DNA of 64,000 bases from a virus. Taxonomy: Duplodnaviria > Heunggongvirae > Uroviricota > Caudoviricetes. The translations under genes were made by a program, and so were the position numbers. The stretch covers positions 37,644-101,643 of the IMG/VR virus record IMGVR_UViG_3300036944_000513; one strand, written 5' to 3'. This document shows, piece after piece, positions 9,079 through 17,698 of this stretch. Each line of letters starts with the position of its first letter. Positions within the stretch are counted from its first letter, which is position 1. The notes below the pieces were generated by a model. That model was not told where the DNA came from. It ran no database searches and saw nothing but the letters and a program-made list of their open reading frames with translations.

Positions 9079-9486
9079 TTACGCCACAAGTTCGTATGGC
9101 TTGTCCCATTTGCCAATGTTTACGCCAACATACCAACCCACATCAAAGTAATCAGATTGAATGTCAGAACGATTATGATTGCCAACATTCATTGCTTGCA
9201 ATACTTCATTCAAAAACGCCACAGCTTCGCCATCAAACTGCTCATGATACCAGTAAGGATTAACGCCGATATATTTTATATCTTTATTATTGTGATAATT
9301 ATACTCAGGACGCTTTGATGTGACATTGACAAAGCTATTGATAAAGTCAATACTTCCAGCTTTGACATTCAATTGCAAGCTAGAATGATTGTCGATTGAC
9401 AACGTAGCCTTCACGCCGTACTTGGCGCAAATTGGCTTGATGACTGCTGCAATTTGCTTCTTTTTGATTTGGTCAATGTATGCCAT
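9079..9486 (-). CDS. hypothetical protein
   Basis: 135-aa ORF. Confidence 0.5.
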   Translation of the reverse strand: MAYIDQIKKKQIAAVIKPICAKYGVKATLSIDNHSSLQLNVKAGSIDFINSFVNVTSKRPEYNYHNNKDIKYIGVNPYWYHEQFDGEAVAFLNEVLQAMNVGNHNRSDIQSDYFDVGWYVGVNIGKWDKPYELVA

Positions 9487-9572
9487 TTTAAAGTTCCAGT
9501 TTTTGTTGCGATAAAGAATTATAACCGATAAATCAGAATAAAAACGCCATTGTGGCGAAAATACAACAAATC
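9487..9572 (-). promoter_or_regulatory. PeSL-like cassette with terminator hairpin followed by a TATAAT -10
   Basis: Minus-strand reading: GCCACAATGGC hairpin, then TTTTTATT, then GGTTATAAT, then leader TTATCGCAACAAAAACTGGAACTTTAAA-ATG. Confidence 0.6.
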
Positions 9573-9754
9573 TGTTTATGCGTCAAAAGTGTGGTAGCGT
9601 TTCTGTGTGTCATTGACCAAACGCTCATGTTCTGCTTTTTCCAATGATGATTTCAATTGTTTGAACAATTCCCGATTGAAGTAACTCATTTCTGCCAAAA
9701 AAGTATCCATTTCTTTTTTTGACAAGTTATTCAATTTGCGAATGATTTCTTCCA

Positions 9755-9946
9755 TTAGATTACATCCATATTAGAATTGACAACGATTGGGTCATCATAC
9801 TCATTGAGTTCCATTTGTGCGCCTGAATCACTATCATCAACGAAATCATATTCAATATCAAGAGCTTTATCAATTGCTTCTGCTTTTGATTCTGCTTCCA
9901 CTTCAACCCAAACCGTATAGGTGCGACCCACATAATATGTTGCCAT
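9755..9946 (-). CDS. hypothetical protein, MATY family paralog
   Basis: In-frame ATG (MATYYVGRTYTVWVEVEAESKAEA); paralog of 3349..3558. Confidence 0.45.
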   Translation of the reverse strand: MATYYVGRTYTVWVEVEAESKAEAIDKALDIEYDFVDDSDSGAQMELNEYDDPIVVNSNMDVI

Positions 9947-9965
9947 TTTTATATCTTTCAGTAAA

Positions 9966-10160
9966 TTAGCAAACTTCGCACATATCAATGGAAACTTCTT
10001 CCATGATATAACCTTTGGCAATGATTCTAGCGTCTGCTATGCTATCAGCGCAGCCAATCCAAGTAGTACCCCTAGCATCAGAATAAATCTCATACACCCA
10101 TGCAACATCATCATAGCTGCAATAGATTTGATAACCATCTAAATCAAGTAGTAAGAACAT
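9966..10160 (-). CDS. hypothetical protein
   Basis: 64 aa; PeSL leader upstream; shares a TWIGC motif with 3349..3558. Confidence 0.45.
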   Translation of the reverse strand: MFLLLDLDGYQIYCSYDDVAWVYEIYSDARGTTWIGCADSIADARIIAKGYIMEEVSIDMCEVC

Positions 10161-10234
10161 TTTGAAGTTCCAGTTTTTGTTGCGATAAGCTATTGTAACC
10201 GATAAATCAGGGTAAAAACGCTACTGTGGTAAAT
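10161..10234 (-). promoter_or_regulatory. PeSL-like early promoter cassette
   Basis: Conserved core. Confidence 0.6.
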
Positions 10235-10423
10235 TTACAACACCGTCAGAATTACTTCATCATTCAATTCAAATGGGCAATCCATTTCAGTTTGGAAAGC
10301 ATTGCCACCAGTTATAAAGATTGCTGTGGTATCGCCCGTCTTTTCAAAGTATTCACCAGAAAAGGGGTCAAAGAAAGTGTCACCCGTATTGAGTGTTTGG
10401 AATTGGGTCAGTGTATCGGTCAT
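10235..10423 (-). CDS. hypothetical protein
   Basis: In-frame ATG with an AGGGGG SD, placed after the stop of 10434..10688. Confidence 0.45.
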   Translation of the reverse strand: MTDTLTQFQTLNTGDTFFDPFSGEYFEKTGDTTAIFITGGNAFQTEMDCPFELNDEVILTVL

Positions 10424-10433
10424 GTGTTCCCCC

Positions 10434-10688
10434 TTAAATTTTGATGCCCGAATAGCTGAATACACGGCGCATTTCTGCGACTGTTTCGGCTTGCGCAATA
10501 CTTCCCAAAAGAGAATTCATATATCCGGTCATGTAGGCAAATTTATCTGATGGCTGACTTGTTGGGTGTGCTGCATCATACTCTTGCATTTTAGCTGCAA
10601 TGGCAGCGTTAACAATTTCACGGCGCTTTTGGGCGCGATCAATGGATTTGTTCAGTTTGTCATTGGTGGAGAATGCTGCTTTGGACAT
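10434..10688 (-). CDS. hypothetical protein
   Basis: 84-aa ORF after a PeSL cassette. Confidence 0.5.
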   Translation of the reverse strand: MSKAAFSTNDKLNKSIDRAQKRREIVNAAIAAKMQEYDAAHPTSQPSDKFAYMTGYMNSLLGSIAQAETVAEMRRVFSYSGIKI

Positions 10689-10792
10689 TTTAAACTTTCG
10701 TTTTTTGTTGCGATAACTGATTGTAACCGACTTCCAATGCTTTTTTCCAAAAAAACTAAAAATAACTTTCTTTGTTGTTTTTATGCAACAAG
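10689..10792 (-). promoter_or_regulatory. PeSL-like early promoter cassette
   Basis: Conserved core. Confidence 0.6.
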
Positions 10793-11134
10793 TTACGCAA
10801 AATTATAGTAAGCGAATTTTGTATTAACTACTTGCCCAATACCTTCAACGATTCGATTATAAACTTCCTTTTTGCTCATGTAATAAGCATAATCAGAATC
10901 AGATGGATTAAAATTCTGCCATTGATTATATCGTTGATTTTGGAGAATATCACGCACAAGTGAATGAGTATCGTAATAATCAATGAAACCATTAAGGTTA
11001 TAGTGAGCAATAAACCCACTTGCCAAATTGATAAATTTGTAACCCGTAGAATTCAGTTTTGTAATATCCTGCACAGCCTTGAGGACATTTGACACAATAA
11101 GGTCTTGCTGGCGCTGAGAGAGAGGTTCAATCAT
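10793..11134 (-). CDS. hypothetical protein
   Basis: 113-aa ORF. Confidence 0.5.
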   Translation of the reverse strand: MIEPLSQRQQDLIVSNVLKAVQDITKLNSTGYKFINLASGFIAHYNLNGFIDYYDTHSLVRDILQNQRYNQWQNFNPSDSDYAYYMSKKEVYNRIVEGIGQVVNTKFAYYNFA

Positions 11135-11219
11135 GATAAAGATTCCGTTTTGTTGTCGATAAAGTATTGTAACCGACTCTCAGCACTTTTTGTAAAAAAT
11201 CTTCTACGCTGTTGTTTTT
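11135..11219 (-). promoter_or_regulatory. PeSL-like early promoter cassette
   Basis: Conserved core (TTGTTGTCGATAAAGTATTGTAACCGAC). Confidence 0.6.
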
Positions 11220-11495
11220 TTACAACTGCACAGCAGCGTAATAATCGGCCAATGCTGCGTCCATACCAATGCCTTCTTCCCCTTCCCATACCCACACGAT
11301 ATCGGCGTCAGGTTCGGCGTTTAAACACTGTTCTTCGGCGTGATCTACATCTTCCGCCCAGCACTGAAACCCAAATGGAGAATCAGTTGCACACATAATG
11401 GATTCAATACGAAAGAGTACGATATAATTTTGCATTTGATTTTCCTGTTGCAGTTGATCTTGTTTGAATTGACGTTTTGAATTAAATCCGGTCAT
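11220..11495 (-). CDS. hypothetical acidic protein
   Basis: 91-aa ORF. Confidence 0.45.
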   Translation of the reverse strand: MTGFNSKRQFKQDQLQQENQMQNYIVLFRIESIMCATDSPFGFQCWAEDVDHAEEQCLNAEPDADIVWVWEGEEGIGMDAALADYYAAVQL

Positions 11496-11645
11496 TTACT
11501 TTTTTCCAATCTACTCATTGCAGTTTGTAATTGCTGCTCATACTTTTCAAGGTTTTCACCTAGTTGCAATATTGCACTCTGAGTTTCTTCGATGCACATT
11601 TTCCAATGTGCAATCTCTGCGTTTAGAATATCTGCGTCCATTATA

Positions 11646-12086
11646 TCACCAAGACGCCTGATACTCAAAATCGAATCCTTTGAGCAATGGATTATTAATT
11701 AGCGCAGTCAATTCATTTTTGGTGCGCTCCAATTCTTCAAAATAATAATCATCATACTCAGTTGAACCAAAAAAGAATCCTGAGCCAGTTGGTAGAATTT
11801 CTTCTGCTTTGCCTCGGTTTTCCAATACAGTTGCAATATCATTAATCAATTGCTCAATATTTTCTTGACTAACATTATATGGCGCACAATTATCTTCACC
11901 ATCTTGAACATTTTCCACAAACCAATTATGGATTGCGTTTGCCTTGCGCCAGTACATAGCGCGGACACTAATTTCTTTTACATCAAGTCCACCAAAAATT
12001 TCGCATACTGCTACGCGCTTTTCTGCGACTGCATCATCATATTCAGACAAATATTTCTTTGCGGTCAAGTACATATCCAAACCCAT
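11646..12086 (-). CDS. hypothetical protein
   Basis: 146-aa ORF. Confidence 0.5.
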   Translation of the reverse strand: MGLDMYLTAKKYLSEYDDAVAEKRVAVCEIFGGLDVKEISVRAMYWRKANAIHNWFVENVQDGEDNCAPYNVSQENIEQLINDIATVLENRGKAEEILPTGSGFFFGSTEYDDYYFEELERTKNELTALINNPLLKGFDFEYQASW

Positions 12087-12110
12087 AATATTCTCCTAGT
12101 TAAAATAAAA

Positions 12111-12377
12111 TTATACTGCTTTGTAGCTGTTATAGCTACGAATTTTGCTGCTTTTGTTGCTAGATTTCTCAACAAATTTTACACCAATGTTTCGCGTAGT
12201 CAACTCACGCGCCAACAATCCCAAATCACAATCTTCTTCCAAGTATACATGATTTTTGCGCTCATAACTGTAACGGCTGATTTTATTTGCAATGCCAAGA
12301 AAATCAATCACGCTGCGTTCAACTTTGCCCCATGCGTGGGCTGGGTCTTGGTATACTGTGATGGTCAAATTTTTCAT
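12111..12377 (-). CDS. hypothetical protein
   Basis: 88 aa; PeSL leader ACTTAAAA-ATG. Confidence 0.5.
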   Translation of the reverse strand: MKNLTITVYQDPAHAWGKVERSVIDFLGIANKISRYSYERKNHVYLEEDCDLGLLARELTTRNIGVKFVEKSSNKSSKIRSYNSYKAV

Positions 12378-12445
12378 TTTTAAGTCCAGTTTTTGTTGCG
12401 ATAACGTATTGTAACCGACTTCCGAAACTTTTTGTAGAAAATCTT
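12378..12445 (-). promoter_or_regulatory. PeSL-like early promoter cassette
   Basis: Conserved core. Confidence 0.6.
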
Positions 12446-12787
12446 TTAATCGTTGTTTTTACGCAACGCCACACGCTCTTTGAGTTCTTCGAGTTCAATT
12501 TCCAGCGCAGCATTTAGCATTTCGACAAATATTTTCAATTCCGTTTTTTTCATACATGCAACAACAACTTCCCCCATCATATCGGTGACTTTAATAGCAA
12601 CGCCATAATTTTCTTTTGTCCATGACGCTTCGATAATGCCATCACCCTCGGAATCTGTGATATAAACCCTTCGCTGAGTATTATCAGAATAATCTTCATC
12701 AATTTCATCTGTCATATCACAATATGATGTAAATCCCATTTCATCAGTAATAATCAATGGTGAAATCATTTCAATTAATTTTCTCAT
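12446..12787 (-). CDS. hypothetical protein
   Basis: 113 aa; ATGA overlap with the upstream family gene. Confidence 0.5.
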   Translation of the reverse strand: MRKLIEMISPLIITDEMGFTSYCDMTDEIDEDYSDNTQRRVYITDSEGDGIIEASWTKENYGVAIKVTDMMGEVVVACMKKTELKIFVEMLNAALEIELEELKERVALRKNND

Positions 12788-12993
12788 TCTTCAACTCCAA
12801 AATGTTCTAAAATACCACGGGGGCCGTCATATGCAAGTGTGGCGCATTCTTTAACAATCAATTCGGCAAACTTTTGATCATAAACATGAAGGAAAGTATA
12901 ATCTATTTCTCCGCCATCATCAAAAAAACTACCAAATTTTTCTTCGGTGTCATCCCACGCCTGTTCAGCAAGTTCTTTAATTCGTTCGTTCAT
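12784..12993 (-). CDS. MNERIKELAEQAG / FAELIVKEC / HFGVEE family small protein (paralog)
   Basis: MNERIKELAEQAWDD...KFAELIVKECATLAY...EHFGVEE. Confidence 0.6.
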   Translation of the reverse strand: MNERIKELAEQAWDDTEEKFGSFFDDGGEIDYTFLHVYDQKFAELIVKECATLAYDGPRGILEHFGVEE

Positions 12994-13002
12994 GCGCTTC
13001 CC

Positions 13003-13233
13003 CTAGTTTTTAACGGTGCGGCGCACAGTACAAAGACGATCATGCACAGTCTTTTCCACTTTTGCATCATTGACCATCATAAACCCGATAAACCCCGCCA
13101 AATAGCCAAGAGTCATTTCTGCAATATCATGATTGCTGGTCTCTGGACTACGATTCTTTTCGCGTTCTTTGAGGGTTTTAATCAACTCGGATGCCATTTG
13201 CAGACATTTATCGTCGTGGGACATTGTGGTCAT
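13003..13233 (-). CDS. hypothetical protein
   Basis: 76-aa ORF. Confidence 0.4.
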   Translation of the reverse strand: MTTMSHDDKCLQMASELIKTLKEREKNRSPETSNHDIAEMTLGYLAGFIGFMMVNDAKVEKTVHDRLCTVRRTVKN

Positions 13234-13234
13234 A

Positions 13235-13417
13235 TTAAGTATTCCATTCAGTTACTAGGGATTCTTTGAAGTCATCAAACAACTCATGGTTTTCCATTGC
13301 ATTGATGAGCATTGTACCATTTCCGATACTCATGTGTTCCATGATATACTCGGCATATTGGTCATCGAGTTCATATCGGTCATACATATCTTCAAATTGA
13401 TCTTCTGTCATGGTCAT
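13235..13417 (-). CDS. hypothetical acidic protein
   Basis: 60-aa ORF. Confidence 0.4.
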   Translation of the reverse strand: MTMTEDQFEDMYDRYELDDQYAEYIMEHMSIGNGTMLINAMENHELFDDFKESLVTEWNT

Positions 13418-13488
13418 CCTTTGTTGCTATGAAAGTATTGTAACCGATTTTTAGACTTTGTGCGCGTTTGTTGCGAATTTACAACAAC
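13418..13488 (-). promoter_or_regulatory. PeSL-like early promoter cassette (degenerate)
   Basis: GAAAGTATTGTAACCGATTTTTAG...GAATTTACAACAA. Confidence 0.5.
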
Positions 13489-13677
13489 TTAAATATATCC
13501 AATGTGGCGCTGAAATACCATGTCGTATACTTCAATGCACCGCTTATTGGTGATTTCATCATATGCAACATCTAAAATATATTCTTCGCAAGTATCTTTA
13601 TCAACCTTATCAATAAACTTATTTGCCAAATCAATAGTGGCAAAAAATGTAGTTGGGTGTGGCTTTACTTTAATCAT
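13489..13677 (-). CDS. hypothetical protein
   Basis: 62-aa ORF. Confidence 0.4.
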   Translation of the reverse strand: MIKVKPHPTTFFATIDLANKFIDKVDKDTCEEYILDVAYDEITNKRCIEVYDMVFQRHIGYI

Positions 13678-13830
13678 ATTCTGCTGGTGCGTAGTGGTCT
13701 TGAATATAATCCATTAGGTGGATAATACCATCAATCAATTCTACATTTGCCAATTGACCAGCAGGTGGATTGTCTGCCAATGATACAAGATATTGCTTTT
13801 GTACTTTAAACATTTCCCAATCAATATTCA

Positions 13831-14016
13831 TCATACAACTGCCCCATAATTTAGTGGATTAACATTATATGCAATTGCTTTATGAATTGCATTATTTAAA
13901 ACTTGATAAGTTCCAATTGCTTCACTGCATTCTGGATAATTGTCAAAAAGAGAAGTTGCTTCAATGCAAGCCGCCAGCAACTCGGATGCAATTTCTTCAA
14001 TGGTTGGAGTTTTCAT
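13831..14016 (-). CDS. hypothetical protein
   Basis: 61-aa ORF. Confidence 0.35.
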   Translation of the reverse strand: MKTPTIEEIASELLAACIEATSLFDNYPECSEAIGTYQVLNNAIHKAIAYNVNPLNYGAVV

Positions 14017-14309
14017 GTAATTATCTCTACTGTTTTTGGGTTGCCAGTCTCGCCGTCAAAGGTGATTTTGAGATTGTGTTCGTTGTATTGTTCTTCGCAA
14101 AAGCGCAGCCATTTGCCTTCATGGGCATAAGCATAAGAAACAATATCAGGTTTCGGCTCGGGCTTGATGCGGTAGTCTTGATATTCTTCCCATGTTGGTG
14201 CGGAACCTCCACATTCAACCCACTGTGCGCCGTATTTTTCCCAATATTCAATTTCAGCGCCATCTGCCCATGCTTTGATGAGGGCTGCGTGTTTGTGTGG
14301 TGTTTTCAT
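14013..14309 (-). CDS. hypothetical protein
   Basis: 98 aa; ATGA overlaps. Confidence 0.45.
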   Translation of the reverse strand: MKTPHKHAALIKAWADGAEIEYWEKYGAQWVECGGSAPTWEEYQDYRIKPEPKPDIVSYAYAHEGKWLRFCEEQYNEHNLKITFDGETGNPKTVEIIT

Positions 14310-14310
14310 A

Positions 14311-14571
14311 TTAATGTTGATTCAGTTGAATTTGATGTTGTGACCAAGTTCCTGCAATTCCGACTGTGCATTGATCTGCAATCCCCGCGCCGCCCTTGCT
14401 GTTTTCAAGCGCAGCCAATGCTTGCTGAATGCCAAGATTAACACTTGTAAAATCACCTACGCCATCACGAATTGCTTTTGCAGTAGTGTAAAAAGACACA
14501 CCATTGATAACTACCCGAAATTTTTGTGTTTGCTTAAATTTCATAACAGTCCTTCGTTGTTGATGTGTCAA
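14311..14571 (-). CDS. hypothetical protein
   Basis: 86-aa ORF. Confidence 0.4.
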   Translation of the reverse strand: MTHQQRRTVMKFKQTQKFRVVINGVSFYTTAKAIRDGVGDFTSVNLGIQQALAALENSKGGAGIADQCTVGIAGTWSQHQIQLNQH

Positions 14572-14622
14572 GTATACACGACTTTTTACTAAAAAACTGG
14601 CTTGTGGTAAAAATACAACAAA

Positions 14623-15549
14623 TTATGCACCAGCAGTCAAGACGTATTTTGCCAAGTTTTTCCAGTCGCCACCATCATCTTCTGCGCGAATTTTTACAGT
14701 AGAAATCAGTGAGCGCAAAGAAAGATTGTCAATTTTATCAGCAACTGATGTAATAAAATCTAGTGCGTCCATCTTGCATTCTAGCGAATACTCGGGCATA
14801 AAATCATCATCCAGCAAAATAGATTCCATGCGCTCAATTTTTTGTGCATCCGTCATGCCCACATCAACGCACATTGCCCGACTGCGAACAGCTTGGTCAA
14901 TTTGCTCGGGCATCATGTTACTGATAAAAATAACCGACCCAGTAAACAAAAAACTACGTGGCAAATCTTCATCTTTCATGTCGGCATTCCATGAAATGTA
15001 ACGCTCACCATAAGAGTCAAGCGCACCCTTCAATAGATTGAGTGCCTTAGAATCTTCCAATACGCTATCGCAGTCATCAAAGATCAAAGTCATTCCATTG
15101 CCCTCAAAAAGAGTGCGATACAATCCTTTTGCAGAACTATAACCCTTAATGAAACGATAACTATTTGAACTTTGAAGTTTGGTTCCTTCTTCAAATTTTG
15201 ATAGATCGCTAACATCTACCATGTTTTGTTTCTTTAACGCTTTGGTAACAGTATGCGTCTTGCCAAGTCCACCCTGACCAGTAATGATTGCTGATGCAAT
15301 AGTTTTCTTTGAAACCATTGTAACCATTTTGGAAACGAACTCGAATCGTTGCGTAATTGAAAACTCTGAGTTTACTTTTTCAGGGGCAACTTTTGTTTGC
15401 ATTTGATCGGCTGGAATGCTTGCACCCAGAGACAATACTTTGCTTTCTACGTGCTGGCGTGATGCCGACCACGATACAATTTTGCCATTAATAAAACCAT
15501 CGTAACGACCTTTTGCGTCATTATAAACTACTGTGCCATTCAATTGCAT
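14623..15549 (-). CDS. P-loop NTPase (AAA-type ATPase) with an N-terminal extra domain
   Basis: Walker A GQGGLGKTH and Walker B LIFDDCD; 308 aa. Confidence 0.6.
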   Translation of the reverse strand: MQLNGTVVYNDAKGRYDGFINGKIVSWSASRQHVESKVLSLGASIPADQMQTKVAPEKVNSEFSITQRFEFVSKMVTMVSKKTIASAIITGQGGLGKTHTVTKALKKQNMVDVSDLSKFEEGTKLQSSNSYRFIKGYSSAKGLYRTLFEGNGMTLIFDDCDSVLEDSKALNLLKGALDSYGERYISWNADMKDEDLPRSFLFTGSVIFISNMMPEQIDQAVRSRAMCVDVGMTDAQKIERMESILLDDDFMPEYSLECKMDALDFITSVADKIDNLSLRSLISTVKIRAEDDGGDWKNLAKYVLTAGA

Positions 15550-15782
15550 ACGATTCCTAAGTTGTTATGGATGAAGTATAACAGAAAAACAATAACCCTT
15601 TACTTAAAGGGGTCATAGGGAATAATGTTGTGTTTGCCTTTATATTTTGTAGCTGCTTTGATCTTCAATGCTTCGATGTGCTTGATGTTGTCTGCGTATG
15701 CGACTTTCTTTGCGCCAGCCAAAATTGCAATCATGTTTTCCCAAGGGGTCATTTTAAATCTCCAGTTGTTGATGATGAACGA

Positions 15783-15812
15783 ATTGTATCAGACTTCTAA
15801 TACCCAAGTCAA
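15783..15812 (-). promoter_or_regulatory. sigma70-type promoter (-35 TTGACT, 18 bp, -10 TACAAT)
   Basis: Read on the minus strand, immediately downstream of a terminator; it drives a 49-aa ORF and the ATPase gene. Confidence 0.5.
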
Positions 15813-15832
15813 GCGTAGGGGCATTACAAACA

Positions 15833-15868
15833 AAAAAGCCCAACTACGTGTGCGTTGGGCTTTTTCAT
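15833..15868. terminator. bidirectional rho-independent terminator
   Basis: aaaaaagcccaac-tacgtgtgcg-ttgggcttttt: an 8-bp GC stem flanked by an A-run and a T-run. Confidence 0.6.
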
Positions 15869-15881
15869 GGGCATACACTAA

Positions 15882-16082
15882 TCAATAGGTATCGTCGTAG
15901 TCATCCGAGTAGCTATCGGTATCCTCTGCCATTTCAGGGATAAAGTCATTGGACGCAAGCATATCTTGCACATCAGCAAGTGACATATACTTTAGACACG
16001 CCGTAAGCATATCTTCTGCGCTCACAATACCATCATTGACCAGTTCATGTGCCAAGTCGCGGGAATGTTGATTTTTTGCCAT
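15882..16082 (-). CDS. hypothetical acidic protein
   Basis: 66 aa; GGAG SD. Confidence 0.45.
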   Translation of the reverse strand: MAKNQHSRDLAHELVNDGIVSAEDMLTACLKYMSLADVQDMLASNDFIPEMAEDTDSYSDDYDDTY

Positions 16083-16110
16083 ATAGTTAGCTCCGGTGGT
16101 TGAAAATTAA

Positions 16111-16139
16111 ATTTTAAGGGAAAATCAAATCGGTGTCAA
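16111..16139 (-). promoter_or_regulatory. sigma70-type promoter (-35 TTGACA, 17 bp, -10 TAAAAT)
   Basis: The -35 element overlaps the stop of the upstream gene, within the recurring AAAAATGCTTGAC motif. Confidence 0.5.
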
Positions 16140-16486
16140 GCATTTTTGAAAGAAAGAATTTTTTCTGGCGACACTTCAATAAATTTGTAGTCATCAATTG
16201 ATTCTTCAAATTCAACTTCTTTTTCGGTACACTCTTTCATGTATGCTTCAACGAAATCGGGGGAAATCCAGCGAAATTGTTGACCATTAATCCATGCTTG
16301 CATTTCATAGACAAATTGCGTTTTCTTATCAAAAACGATTGTAAAAATTCGTTCATCGCTAAAATGGCTACCATTCCAAGAATCCAATGAATAAGCATTT
16401 GGGCCATATGAATTCCAATGATACTCACTTCCTTCGGTAATTTTGTAATCAATTGATTCAAACCAGTCTTTTAGCGTGGGGGTCAT
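16136..16486 (-). CDS. hypothetical protein
   Basis: 116-aa ORF. Confidence 0.5.
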   Translation of the reverse strand: MTPTLKDWFESIDYKITEGSEYHWNSYGPNAYSLDSWNGSHFSDERIFTIVFDKKTQFVYEMQAWINGQQFRWISPDFVEAYMKECTEKEVEFEESIDDYKFIEVSPEKILSFKNA

Positions 16487-16776
16487 TTCAAATTTCCTTT
16501 AATATTGTTAATTACATCATTTGCATCGGATAAATCGGAATAAAATACTGATTCATCCTGCAACTCTCCGAGAGAATTTTCATAGCGTCTTAGCAACTCC
16601 TGTGCATAGATAATATCGTCTGCATCTGCCTGAGCATACCATCGCTTAATTGTATCCGTGCTTGATTCAATGAGGAACTTTAAATTATCTGCATCGCGTG
16701 GATTCAAAATATGGTTCCTTAAAATATCGTTTTCCGAAATATTGTTTTTGAAAGTCAACGAAATATGGGTTATCAT
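16483..16776 (-). CDS. hypothetical protein
   Basis: 97-aa ORF. Confidence 0.5.
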   Translation of the reverse strand: MITHISLTFKNNISENDILRNHILNPRDADNLKFLIESSTDTIKRWYAQADADDIIYAQELLRRYENSLGELQDESVFYSDLSDANDVINNIKGNLK

Positions 16777-17002
16777 TTCTGATTACCGGTAATATCCGAC
16801 TTAAACAGCAATCCACACAAAAACATAATACCCCATGCTTGCAGCCACTCAATTTCATGAATGGATGGAATTGCGGGAACAAGACAGGCATTCCATAGCA
16901 GCATAATTGGATATGACATAATCAATCCAAGTACAACCATCAGCACAAGAATACCAAATAATTTTAAGAATAATTTCCATGATTTCTCCAGTTAAAAAAT
17001 AC

Positions 17003-17032
17003 AGTTTACCAAAATATCGTTTCGTTGTCAAG
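17003..17032 (-). promoter_or_regulatory. sigma70-type promoter (-35 TTGACA, 17 bp, -10 TAAACT)
   Basis: Immediately downstream of the macro-domain gene stop; followed by a GGAGA SD and an ATG. Confidence 0.5.
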
Positions 17033-17495
17033 CAAATTCTACGACAGTTACACTTCCAAAAAAATTACTTTCAATTTTTTCAGAAAATGATTCAAGTAGT
17101 GCCATGATTTTTTCTGAATCGCCGCCAGCCAATCCCATTCCAATCATTGGAAATCCAATCTTTTTATCGTTATAGCGAACAATAAGTTTATTGAGAATTT
17201 TTTCAAATGAATCATATTCAAAAAGGTCTTTCATATCATCGCCACGATTCATGCCATATTGAGTATATGCGTTAACGATAACCAAGTCATGCCAATTACC
17301 AATAGTATAGCAGCCAAGTTTATCGGTATCGCCCCATACACTATGCTGATCTGCTAACCAAGCATCGGGAAAATGCTCTTTAATTTGACGCGCAATGCCA
17401 CCGCCCATTGTATTAAAACAATTTGCGCCATGCACGATAACATCGAATCTACCCTCTTTTGCGAGAGCAATCAAATCACCTTTAATTTTATTCAT
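17028..17495 (-). CDS. macro-domain protein (ADP-ribose / ADP-ribose-1''-phosphate processing)
   Basis: GDLIALAKEGRFDVIVHGANCFNTMGGGIA matches the macro-domain GD...NAAN...GGGV signature. The in-frame ATG at 17495 was used, because the track start is TTG. Confidence 0.65.
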   Translation of the reverse strand: MNKIKGDLIALAKEGRFDVIVHGANCFNTMGGGIARQIKEHFPDAWLADQHSVWGDTDKLGCYTIGNWHDLVIVNAYTQYGMNRGDDMKDLFEYDSFEKILNKLIVRYNDKKIGFPMIGMGLAGGDSEKIMALLESFSEKIESNFFGSVTVVEFA

Positions 17496-17691
17496 CTTTA
17501 AGCTCAAATATTGATTTAATTAAATCCACGCATTCTTGTGGAGTTCCATCTGCAATTTTTACAACATTGCAAGCTATTATTGCATGATCTAAAATATTAA
17601 GTGCAAAATATTCAAGTTCTTCTACTTTAATCCATTTTCCACTGGTATCAGTAGGAACCAGTGAAATGTATTCTTTCAATTGTTTATTCAT
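17488..17691 (-). CDS. hypothetical protein
   Basis: 67-aa ORF. Confidence 0.4.
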   Translation of the reverse strand: MNKQLKEYISLVPTDTSGKWIKVEELEYFALNILDHAIIACNVVKIADGTPQECVDLIKSIFELKDE

Positions 17692-17698
17692 AATATCC

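Noticed and set aside
5167-13488. T4 early-promoter -35 consensus GTTTAC in the PeSL cassettes
   Set aside because: No conserved GTTTAC at -35. The region upstream of the TAYAAT varies between TTTTAC and AAAAAG/hairpin, so only the -10 and leader are called.
2776-14441. Long plus-strand ORFs (2776..3309, 5553..6023, 6494..6895, 7786..8178, 11850..12383, 12874..13269, 13869..14441 and others)
   Set aside because: They lie antisense to better-supported minus-strand genes and span promoter cassettes. They also lack RBS and coupling signals. They are treated as shadow ORFs.
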